The notes beneath the pieces were generated by a model. It was not told the origin of the DNA and searched no databases. It saw only the letters and a program-made list of their open reading frames with translations. The position numbers and the translations under genes are program-made. From NCBI GenBank assembly GCA_008690995.1, contig VRMN01000020.1:124001-165934 (forward strand): a DNA stretch of 41,934 bases. Direction: 5' to 3'. The DNA is from Porphyridium purpureum. Taxonomy: Eukaryota. The stretch's first letter is position 1. Every line of letters starts with the position of its first letter. This document shows, one piece after another, positions 31,779-41,934 of the stretch.

Positions 31779-32044
31779 TTGAACAGGCATGCCCGAGAGA
31801 ACGGTGGGGATGTTGTTACCAAAGGTGAGCGCCATAATGATCTGTGACGAAAGACTGTTCTTCTTCTGAATCACCTGGCTTCCTCTACTGGCGTCCCACG
31901 CATGCAAATGTGGGGAGCGGCGCTTTATACATATTGCGGCGCCGAGCCCGGCAGAGAAACGTGAAGGCAATGTGTGCCGCGTATGCGAATGTGAACCTCC
32001 CTAGAGCAATCGCACAGCAGGCCGGACGGGTTACGACGCCGTGC
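31779..32044. repeat. Dispersed direct repeat, copy B; minus-strand TATAAA at 31924-31929, ATG at 31835, 38-aa ORF 31719-31835
   Basis: Homologous to 20912-21177; encodes MALTFGNNIPTVLSGMPVQ then diverges. Confidence 0.85.
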
Positions 32045-32948
32045 AAACAGAGCGAGTGGTCGATACGCCCCCCTGCATGCCTGGCGCCTACCGAATTTCA
32101 CGACACCAGGTGTTGCGCGCGTGACCGTAACACATAAGCGCACATTGTTAAACAACGCGCGCTCAGGCGTTAATTAAGATCTGAGGTACAGCGCCCGTCT
32201 GGCGGAGTGTACTCCATTCCCAACGGCTGGACTGTACTTCCATTTCTTTAAATTCAGCGCGCCGCTCGCGGTCTATCAAAACGGCGCCGTTCAAGCACAC
32301 CCGCGCGTGCTCCTTCCACGCGACCGCCACGGCCCGCCAAGCTGTACCCCACGCCTCCGCAAAAATCGCGAATCCGCGCCGCTGAGTGATAAACTCAGCC
32401 CAAGTCCCCTCGAAACTCGCGGCAGAATCGAAAAACAGGCGTCGTGCGCGCGCTTGCGTTGCGCGTGCAGAAAGCGCGCCGTTTCGGTGTGCTTTGCAGG
32501 AGAGAAAAATAAAAGGAGGGAATGAAATTATCGCTCGGTTGCATATCAGAACATGAGCAGTTGCCTGGTGAGACGCGCCGCTGTTGATTTGGACAGCGCT
32601 CCGTTTGCCGCGCAGGACGCTGCGGAGGTGTGAGGTGTCGCATTCGGCACAAAACTGCTAGTCCTTTTGCGTGGGCAGGTTGCGTCCATAGAGACAGAGA
32701 CGTCGGGGTACGCACAAAAGAGTGAAAAGCTGGGTCTGCGTTGCTCGGTCCTCCGGCTTGAAGAGTGGGAAGAGGTGAACGGGAAAACGAAGGGGTGCTT
32801 GTGCGGGTCGGCATCGTAACGTCGGCTTTCGTCCTTGGCTCGGGCCACGGCGTCGTGGATTGTTTGCATCCGGTGCTCACGGTGGATTACAAGCGAGTGT
32901 ATTTTGGTGTTGTAAATCCGGTGAGGTAATCAAGCAACACACGGAGGA

Positions 32949-35900
32949 ATGGCGACGGCCAAGAGAGTGCTATGGGGTGAAGGTATGAAAGTGGCTGGCG
33001 CAATCGCCGACGATGTTGGGCCTGCACTTCCATACGTTGCGGTCGCTTTCGCGGTTACCAAGATTATTATAGAGTATGCGCAGGCGGCAAAGGCGAACAA
33101 GGACTCATGCATGCTGCTCGCCAAGCGCGCCGTGTCCATCAAAAACATGCTGGTTGAATACTTTGGCCCCGATGGTGAGAAGCTCGTGAATAAGACACAC
33201 GACTTGACGCACAAAAGTCTACTTGAGTGCCTCAGCGACCTGGAGTCTGGACCCCAATCCGCCTGCTCGCTCGTGAAGAAGTTTTCAAGTGCCGAAAGCG
33301 CGTATGGAAAAGTGCTGCGCGCTATGCGGGCGAAGAACTACCTCGGCGAGTTCCAGGCGTGCGGCGATCGGCTAACCGAACTCGAGTCGCAATTATCGAA
33401 CATCATCACTTCCAAAATCGCGCACGACCAAGAGCAGAACCAGCAGGAGTTGCTGCGCAAGCTAGAACAAAATCATCTGGAGATGATGCAAGCACGAGAT
33501 GCGGACAGAGTGAGGGATAGATCAATGCTCGAGCGTGAACTACGGGCTCTTCCGGAGAGGATCGCCGTTCTCCAAATGCACAGCATATCAGCGGATTTTC
33601 CAACTACGTGCGTTGGTACAGGCAATACCGGCAGTGGTGATTCTATGCAGCCACAGCTCATCGAGCCGTGGTTTATAGACGTTGCTGATATCGAAAAGGA
33701 AGAGCGCATTAACGGTAAGAAGCGGAAGGTTGTCATACTCGGCACCGGTGGCTTTGGGACAGTTTTCCGGGGAACGCGCAGGGGGGAGACCGTTGCCATC
33801 AAGCAAGTGAATTCATCAGGCGACAAAGCGATGCGGGAGTTTAAGAACGAGCTAGGAATGATGTGGCGAGTTTCACACGAGAACATCATTCGGACGCATG
33901 GAGGCTTTTACCCATTGGATGACGTTGACGACCATGAAGACGAAATGCCACTCATTGTGCTCGAATACGCCCCGAAGGGTTCGCTTGAAAAGTACATGTT
34001 TGCCGATAGGAAGATGAACTTGCTTCCGAAAGATATATTGTTGATTATTTTTCGTGGGGTTTTGGATGGCTTGAAGTATCTTCATGCAAGCAAGGTTGTC
34101 CATCGAGACATCAAGCCTCAGAACATTCTCCTGATGGAAGACTGGACGCCGAAGATTAGCGATTTCGGGTTGGCTACCGTGAAGAATACCTGTTCATTTG
34201 CAAATACAAAGCTTGGTACAAGGGGTTATATGGCACCCGAGGTTATCCGTGGTGACCAGTACAACCGCTCTTGCGACGTGTGGTCGTAAGGAGTCATGTT
34301 ATTCGAAATGCTGCTCGGCGAGGCGATGTTCGAAAGTGAATTCTCAGATTACCAAATTTTAAAGATTCTTGAAGATCCGAAGCAAGGTGTGCCGTGGGAC
34401 AGATTGAACAAGTCGGAGTACGCGAAGCAATGGCCGGCCTGGGTTGTGAAAATAGCAAGCGCGTGTCTGCAGACTACGCCCAAGAAGCGCCCGACTGTTC
34501 CGGATATCTGGCTGGAGTTTTATGGCAGTATGGGTGCGGAGGGCGCCACTGCGGCTGCAAAGTCACAGACCACCCAATATGCGGCGTCCACATCCGGCTT
34601 GAGCACAGCAAAGTTTGATGCGTTGACAGGAAAACTTTCGCATATCACGGTATCTGGTGGGCCAGTAGGCCCGTCATCAAGCACCGGAGGCAGTTCGGCG
34701 GGGCCGAGTGGATCCCGGCCTGTGCAAGCACTGAGTGCCGATGACAAGCTTCGCTACGCAGAGGAATGGGAGAAAGCAGGGAACGTGGCGCACGCGTATG
34801 AGTATTTCAAGCTAGCAGCGGAATCAGGTGCCGCGGAAGGCCAGTTCCGGCTGGGCAAGATTTTGCTTGACGGCTCGCACGGCAAGAGCCAGCACTTGGA
34901 GCATGGCGCGGGTTGGGTGCAGGCTGCTGCTGAGAAAGGACACACGGACGCCATGATTGAGTATGGCCGCTGCCACCATTCTGGGCGGGGAGTACCGCAG
35001 AACTGGAGCCTGGCGAAGGAGTGGTATGCGAAGGCCGCGAAGCTCGGCAGCTCGGCAGGGTCCAAATGGCTCAAGGCGTTAGAGGCCGAAGAGCAAACAG
35101 CACTGAGACGGCAACAGAACGAGGCCGCAAAGAGGCGGTTCGAGGAGGACAAGAAGAAAGCGGAGCGCGATCGTCAGGCTCTGGAGCACGCAGCCGCCGT
35201 TCGTCGGGCAGCTGCAGAGGAACACGAGCGCCTCGAGAAGGAGGCGCGAGATCTTGCCGCGCGGCGCGAAGCGGAAGCTGCTGCTGCGCGGAAGCGTGAA
35301 GAGGAGGCCGCTGCCGCCGCCGAGCAAGCGCGCCGCGACGCCGCAGACTGGCAGCGACGTGGCCAGGCCGCAGAAGACGAAAAGAACTTCGCGGAAGCGC
35401 TGATTTGGTACCGCAAGGCCGCGCAAGTGGAAAACGCCTTCTCGCAGGGCAGGGTGGGCTATTTCTATCACAAGGCTTTGGGCGGCCTGCCGCAGGACAA
35501 GCGCTCTGCGGTCGAGTGGTACCGCAAGGCCGCGGCTCAGGGAGACGCACAGGCGCAGTGCAACTTAGGCACTTGCTACGAGAACGGGGAGGGCGGCCTG
35601 CCGCAGGACACGCGCGCGGCGGTCGAGTGGTGGCGCAAGGCCGCGGATCAGGCAAGTGTAACGGCGCAGTGTGGTTTGGGCTATTGTTACGAGAAAGGGC
35701 TGGGCGGGCTGCAGCGGGACAAGCGCGCGGCGGTCGAGTGGTTCCGCAAGGCCGCGGCACAGGGTCTCGCAGAGGCGCAGTGCATTTTGGGCTATTATTA
35801 CAGCAGCGGGGAGGGCGGTCTACCGCAGGACGCGCGCGTGGCAGTCGAGTGGTGGCACAAGGCCGCGGATCAGGGACTCGCAGAGGCGCAGTGTAGTTTG

Positions 35901-36251
35901 GGCTATTGTTACAGCAGCGGGGAGGGCGGTCTACCGCAGGACGCGCGCGTGGCAGTCGAGTGGTGGCACAAGGCCGCGGATCAGGGACTCGCAGAAGCGC
36001 AGTATATTTTGGGCTATTGTTACGAGAACGGAGAGGGCGGTCTGATGCAGGACGAGCGCGCGGCGGTCGAGTGGTGGTGCAAGGCCGCGGAACAGGGACA
36101 AGCAAACGCGCAGTGTGGTTTGGCCTGTTGTTACGAGATCGGGTCGGGCGGGCTGCCGCAGAACACACTCGCGGCGGTCCAGTGGCTCCGCAAGGCCGCG
36201 GAACAGGGACTCGCAGAAGCGCAGAAAGCGTTGAAAAGATTAAGATACTAG
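32949..36251 (+). pseudogene. MLKL-like four-helix bundle + TKL-like protein kinase + Sel1-repeat protein (1100 codons), interrupted by one in-frame TAA at 34287-34289
   Basis: The N-terminus IIEYAQAAKANKDSCMLLAKRAVSI...MRAKNYLGEFQACGDRL resembles MLKL_NTD/MCAfunc. Kinase motifs are GTGGFG, VAIK, HRDIKPQN, DFG, GTRGYMAPE and DVWS*GVMLFEML. These are followed by divergent Sel1 repeats, an A/E/R-rich helix and conserved Sel1 repeats. ORFs 32949-34289 and 34296-36251 are in the same frame. Confidence 0.85.
35406..36230 (+). repeat. Tandem 111-bp (37-aa) Sel1-like repeats, 7 full units plus a capping helix
   Basis: The W codon of WxxKAA recurs at 35406, 35517, 35628, 35739, 35850, 35961, 36072 and 36183, exactly 111 bp apart. 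Consensus is AQCxLGYCYxxGEGGLPQDxRxAVEWxxKAAxQG. Confidence 0.95.
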
Positions 36252-39200
36252 TGCTGAGCAGCGAAATAAAATATACAATCGCGACTTTGCTCGCGTATGA
36301 ATCCCAAGCATGACGAGCCGAGCGCTGACCAGTCCTGATTTTCTCGCTGTGCAACGCCACCAGTGCGTGGGTGTGGCCGTTTTGCTCTCACGATCGAGCA
36401 TGCGAGAAGACCAAAGTCTTGCTTGTGTTCCGCATTCACCCGTGTCCTGCGATTGCGATGCCCCGGCACTGAGGAAACACTTCAGCGAGTCCTCAATGCC
36501 AAGCTGGTTGTGCGAGATGACGCCCAGTCGCTTGTTCGCTCATGTTGTGCCACTGGCTTGATTTGCAGGACCGTCTCGACCTGGTCGCTGTATAAGTGTC
36601 GATAAAGGCTCTGTTCGGTTTGATTGTCGAACGGAGGACGTTGAGGCACGAGCGTGCTCGGTGAGCAGTGAAGTCCTTTCTCGCCGCGGAGGTGCGCGTC
36701 TGTTTGAGCCAAGCAAGGGAAATTGACTGGGTCCGGTCGTGCTTGGGCCTCTTGCCTGTTTGCGCGTGGTGATGCGGAGACTTTGACACACGAGATCGAG
36801 TCAAACGAGGAGGAGGGGTAGGCGGACAACACAGGATTGTGCGACAGGTAAAGCATACACTCTGGTACATGGACAAGATGTGCTTGGTTCCGAGGTCCAG
36901 AGACGTACGTGGCCGAAAGAGACGTGCGCACTGGACATGCGACGTGGACGGAGCCGGCGTCCGGTCGCTGGTGTGGCTGTCACGAAAGCCTATAGTGCGG
37001 GGGTGCGTACGCGGATCAAAGTGGAACGTCGGCAGACACGCTGCTCTGTGCGCAGGGCCGGAAAATTCCATTGTGCACCGTTTCAGATGAGGTGCGGAGG
37101 AACATGCCCACTTGCGATCACCGGCAAGGTCTTCCTGGAAAGCATTCGTGGGCGAGCGATGCTCACTGGCGCCTGTAGTTCCAATGTGCTTGGCGTTGGT
37201 CCGCGAACTGTCGCGCGAGAGAATTGCAAAGCTTGACCAGTGCGTGCGTGGCATCGCACTGAGAGCTGGTGCGGGTCCAGGCCGCAGAGTGACGGAATGG
37301 ACCTGGTCTCACTCGTTCAAGGATTCAACAACGCGACAAGATACAGCATGCCGTCACGTTTTCATACCAGCTCTTTCTGTGGTATTGCGGAGAATCCGTC
37401 TCTTGCTTGCATCTGCTTCACCTTGACGCGAAGCGCGTGCAGCATGCGTTTTTGGTGAGAGGGGTCCGGTCACCCTCGTGCTTGCACGCCGCGCTAGTGT
37501 CGCCTTGCCGACGTGCATGCTCCCGCACCAGTTCTTCTGTCAGAGTATATCGCGGACGGCGCGGTGGCTGCACTTACCGGAATGTCGAGTTGAGCCCGCG
37601 ACATGGGCATTCTTGCGAACTACTGCCTCCAACTCTCATTCATGCAGCCTTGGGCACCGCAACGTCTGACGGGAAAGGCCTTACCCGGCTGTCCTGTTGA
37701 CGCACCGGCCTGAGAGGCTCGTGACAAGACTATCGCGACCGTTGGTTCTGCGGCCTTATCCGTTTCGTGATTGCTCGACTAGTACGTACCTCGATCGACG
37801 GTTCCAGCGTCGACTTGGCAGCTTCCAGTGCATATGCCCTTGCGGACATTCCACGCGCAGCGCACGGTGCTTGGCCGCACATCAGATGCAGCAGAACTGC
37901 CGCACTAACCCGGGTAGTTTCGGCTCGGTCCCGCAGTGGCGCGATCGCATTTGCCGCTTTTCCAAGCGGCAGCACATCGACATTCACACGCTCATTTTTT
38001 CGCAGCCGGCGATGGATGACGCCGCCCGCTGCTTGGCCTGCAACACCCGTAGCAGCTCGTGGTGGGTTCTGCAGGCGCTGCGTTGACCGTTGCAAGGTAT
38101 ACTACCTGCCGATTACCGCTGCGCACGTTGTGGAAATTGCAGTTCCGATCGTGCACCCGCGCCGCATCTAAAAAAATGATCAGCTGCAGCGCCGTGTGCA
38201 TAGTCCTCTTTACCTTTTACCATCACGGGAACACGAATAGTGCCGACTTCTTGCGGCAGCAGCGCAGCCAATCGTGCAGGTGACTGGATCTCGTATTCAG
38301 TTTCTAAACAAATGGCAAGATACCTACCTCCTTCAGCACCTTGAATGCAGAGACAGCGCACTCTCGTTCTTTCCATGTGGCGCACACAAACCTTGCGCGT
38401 GTGCATTCGCCCGAGTCATGTCGCCTTCTTTTGCCTACGTAGCGAGGCGCTTCGTGCACTTGTCGTCAGTACTTGCCGTGGAGAGTTAATGGCAGAAAAT
38501 CATAAGATGAAATAGCCGACTGCTTATGCAGCCGAACGCGGCAAAGTGCGGCTCTCGTCAGTTCCTCAATGGCATCGCATACGTCAACGAGTCCCGTGCT
38601 CCAGTTCCACCGACAGCCAGCGCCAGCGCCAAGCTTTACGAACCAGTCATCGGCGCCTGCACAATTGCGTGTTCTAACCTGAAACAGCCCCATCATTCGT
38701 CTTTCTCGCCAGAAGCTATGTACGACATGCCCTGAGGAGCCCAATGTTTTCGCCCTTTTCCCATGACACTGACCGACACGCAGTCACATTGCCGTGGACG
38801 CTGTTACGGTCAGTGCGCACGACACGGCTTGATTTCTCCGGGGAAACGCGCACAAACAACGACTTGCACGTACCCAACCGCTGCAACAGCACAACACGAG
38901 TGTGTGTTTGCCTCGCGTGTGGTTCACAAATCTCATTTAATCCACCGATATTCTTTCTTCTGGTGCATGTCTTTTACGGACGCTCGTTCTCGATCGTCTC
39001 TGCTCCGCTGACGAGTTTAGCTCGGGCCCGGCGTTCTCAAGTGTCCCATCGTGTGGCCGAACGTCCGTTCCAAGTTCTATCTCGCGTAACCCTCCCGTCC
39101 GTGAACGACATCATCCACGTTGCAAACCACAGCTTCATGTCCACACTCACGGTCAACAGTCGCCAGTCATGGGCCACGGTTCAGCATCGCCACCGAGTCG

Positions 39201-40499
39201 CGACGCAACGCGACAACACTCCGACATGGCAGCAGCAGACAAGACGGAAGGAGCTGTGGCATATCGAGCGGACCGCAAACGGGAGACCTTGGAAGCCGCT
39301 GTTTGCGTTGAGAAACACGAACCGCCGCGTCCCACGGTTCGTTCTCGCCGTTCACCCGTTGCGCCACGTCGGGTCTGTTGTTCTCGAACCAGCTTCCACA
39401 AACCCAGGAAAAAGCCAAATATCCCATTATCACTCTAGCAGAAATTCCCTTTCAGCTCGATGTGTGAAGGTGAGGCTGTGGCCGCGACACCAACTTCCGA
39501 GGCGTCGCGACCAGATCTGAACCCGTTGCAGGTAGCTGTCGCCAGCGCCAGAGTCGCGCCTGTTCCGGGCTTGTGGCAAGGGCGCTGTTCTGGGAACACC
39601 TGGCCGGCATATTTGGACTGGCAGCGTGGCTGTGCGAGAAAGCGCCACAGTATGTGAGTGCATTGCTGGAGCGGACGCAAGACGAGCAGCAGCAGGCGTA
39701 GAAACGCGAGCACTGTGACTAGTTCTTGGAAATGGCGTAGACATTTGGAATTGATGAGATTGACGTACAGAACGCGACGCCTCGGAACGATCGCACGTGC
39801 GCAAGCGGCGCGCGAGAGTCGTCGGGTGGTGAGCGCGCGAGGTGCAGCTCTGCTAATGAGCAGGACAAGAGAAGACGGCCAGGTTTCGTTCAGAGCAAGA
39901 GTCAAGGGTTACTGCGACTTTTGTGTAGTTATTCAGGTGACATGTGTTGACTCATTTCGCGACACATCGGCACGAGAGGAGCAAGCGAATCACTTCCATC
40001 TGACCTCGTACCGCCATCGCATTGAGCATTTGATTGATTGAGTGCTGGGATCGACTCGAGGACAGCCAAGCTTCGCGCAGGATATTTTTTTATCGGCTGC
40101 CTTGAACCATGCTGCATTTGTTTCCAAGCTCGCATGATCGACTTGGTAGACGTTTGCGGACACAAGGGCATGCGAGCATGAGACGGAGCGCTGTGCTCCC
40201 TGCATAGAGCATATGCCAACTCCTCTTATCCTCTTTTCGTGACACATACTTTAAAACTTGACCCGGCGAGCGTTTCACGAACGCGCAGTGGGGCTCAAGT
40301 GCAACTCTGCGCCTCTCGCTTGCACGAGATCTCCTCCAGGACCCCGTCAGGATTCCGCCGCATGGTGGCGCCCTCGTTGAGGACGCGCAGACTTCTGTTT
40401 CTCATGCATCGGCTTTGTCGGAGGCGCCGGTCGGGCCGCACCCGTGAGAAGAGATGTCTGAGGTGAGCTCTCCGTGGCACGTCGCAAAGATTGAACACT

Positions 40500-41525
40500 C
40501 GCGGTGCACGTTACCCCTGTCAACGAACCGTCGTCCAGACACCTTGGGCATATGGCGACGGAAGGCAAAGAAAACCAATTAGCTCGTCGCTGAACACACG
40601 CAGAATCTACAAATCGACCAAGTGCTGCGAGTGCTCCGCAGCTATGCTTCTCACAAACGTGTCAGCGCGTCTGCCGAGGCATGGATTCTGCGATCAAGAA
40701 ACTGTACAATATTAAGGATCCTTATCCTGAGAGATCTGCATCGAGTCCCAGTCCTGCGCGTACAGTCCCACCGGCCACGTACCCAGCTCCGGGAACCGCC
40801 GCACAATCGCCCTCATCTTTGTTCGCCGGCTCGGTTGAGCGCGGAACTACAAATACTCCTCCAAATTCAAAACCGCGTAAATCCCCAGCAACGCGTACCC
40901 ACCTTTAGCACGCACCGAGTCGCCATCCAAGACATCCACCACGAACTCCTAGTATGTTCGCCCAATTTCCCCCCGCTACCCACTTTTCAATCTTCTTCAT
41001 GTCTGGGAATGACGGTTGCACAAGCTCTTGAAACTCCCTTGTGTCGTACAGTGCCTCGCCATTCACTTTGAGCTCTCTCACAGTCTTCACCGCTGCGGCG
41101 TCAACCTCCAAGACCTTCTCCAGCAATCGAGCCCCCAGCTCACACGTCAGATCGTCAAGGGATGTTTCTGCAAGCACGATCTCCAACTCGTCGTGTGGCG
41201 GCCGCACGAACGGACCCGCGGACTGTGACACAAGCGGCGCGGCCTCAGCCTTGATGCCCGTCGTCAGTTCTATGCTGCCGCCCGCCGCCTCGACCAGATC
41301 CAGCTTCATTCCCTTCTGAACCATCGCCAATAGCCGCGACACAGTCTTAAATCGCTCCACATTCAGCGACGAAAACTCCCCTTGGCTGGTCGCAAGGCCC
41401 CAGATCTCATTCAGCAAGCGGCTTCGCAGTCCTGACTTGACCAAAAATGCGACCGCTTTCTGCACGTCCACCCCTCTGCTTCCGTCCGCGTCGGCCAGCT
41501 TCAACTACTTCTCGAGCAGCGAAGT
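40500..41525 (-). pseudogene. EH (Eps15-homology, EF-hand-like) domain gene remnant
   Basis: LEK*LKLADADGSRGVDVQKAVAFLVKSGLRSRLLNEIWGLA...LNVERFKTVSRLLAMVQKG fits the EH pattern. TAG at 41505-41507, a frameshift near 40970, and several further in-frame stops downstream. Confidence 0.65.
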
Positions 41526-41576
41526 CTCCGACGACAAGCGCCAGCGCAACGAAGCGCGAACAAAAAAGGTATTAGC

Positions 41577-41934
41577 TCAATGCGCCCCTGCTGCGACCTG
41601 CCACATTCGATCCAGCAACAAGGTCGACAGCCTCATATTTGCGAAATGCCCGAGTGCCTCGTGCGCGTCCCACACCCTGACGGTGTTGTCGCCGCTGCCG
41701 GACGCGATGAACTTGCCGTCGGGCGAAAAGTGCACCGCGCGCACCTCACGTGAGTGCCCCTCCATGGTGCGCACGCACGCGCCGGTGTGCGCGTCCCACA
41801 CCTTGACGGTGGTGTCGTAGCTGCCGGACGCGATGAACTTGCCGTCGGGCGAAAAGTGCACCGCGAGCACCCCATATGCGTGCCCCTCCATGGTGCGCAC
41901 GCACGCGCCGGTGTGCGCGTCCCACACCTTGACG
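41577..41934 (-). CDS. 3' end of a WD40-repeat protein with near-identical 126-bp (42-aa) repeats; ORF open beyond the window edge
   Basis: VWDAHTGACVRTMEGHxxxVxAVHFSPDGKFIASGSxDxTVxVWDAH; gtgcgcgtcc recurs at 41661, 41787 and 41913. Confidence 0.9.
   Translation of the reverse strand, partial: VKVWDAHTGACVRTMEGHAYGVLAVHFSPDGKFIASGSYDTTVKVWDAHTGACVRTMEGHSREVRAVHFSPDGKFIASGSGDNTVRVWDAHEALGHFANMRLSTLLLDRMWQVAAGAH

Noticed and set aside
35071..36360. 429-aa minus-strand ORF and other alternative-frame ORFs over the Sel1 array
   Set aside because: These are shadow ORFs produced by GC-rich 111-bp repeats; the product is a Pro/Arg-rich antisense translation.
36300..40300. Many overlapping 60-260-aa ORFs, including a faint PP2C-like GICSMQG at about 40200
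   Set aside because: There is no consistent frame or ordered motif set. The region may hold decayed coding DNA, but I cannot assign it.
34287..41507. Stop-codon reassignment (TAA/TAG read as Tyr), suggested by stops at probable Tyr positions in DVWS*G and EK*LKLAD
   Set aside because: Several multi-kb ORFs have no internal TAA/TAG, and TAA/TAG terminate genes at sensible ends (22656, 15758, 36251). Point mutation is enough to explain both sites.

Overview
Eukaryotic nuclear DNA that is intron-poor and fairly GC-rich. The gene style is compatible with a unicellular red alga such as Porphyridium, but the sequence alone cannot prove that. The window looks like an accessory, high-turnover region with five components. 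(1) A tandem duplication of about 3.9 kb carries two DUF2254-type membrane-protein genes. One is split by a complete, very young Ty1/copia LTR retrotransposon (7424-12274; identical 350-bp LTRs, TGCGA target-site duplication, intact gag-pol). (2) An intact ~1230-aa ORF fuses an N-terminal vWA (MIDAS) domain to a C-terminal Tpt1/KptA RNA 2'-phosphotransferase/ADP-ribosyltransferase domain. (3) An immune-receptor-like gene combines an MLKL-type four-helix bundle, a protein kinase and near-identical 111-bp Sel1 repeats, and is split by one in-frame TAA. (4) At the right edge are HET-E-like 126-bp WD40 repeats that differ only at a few positions. (5) Several decayed gene copies are interspersed: MRM1/SpoU methyltransferase, ABC-class ATPase, DUF3223/DCL, EH-domain, and unknowns. 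The best candidates for undescribed biology are the vWA-Tpt1 fusion and the MLKL-kinase-Sel1 and WD40 variable-repeat genes. All domain calls come from motifs recognised by eye; no searches were run.
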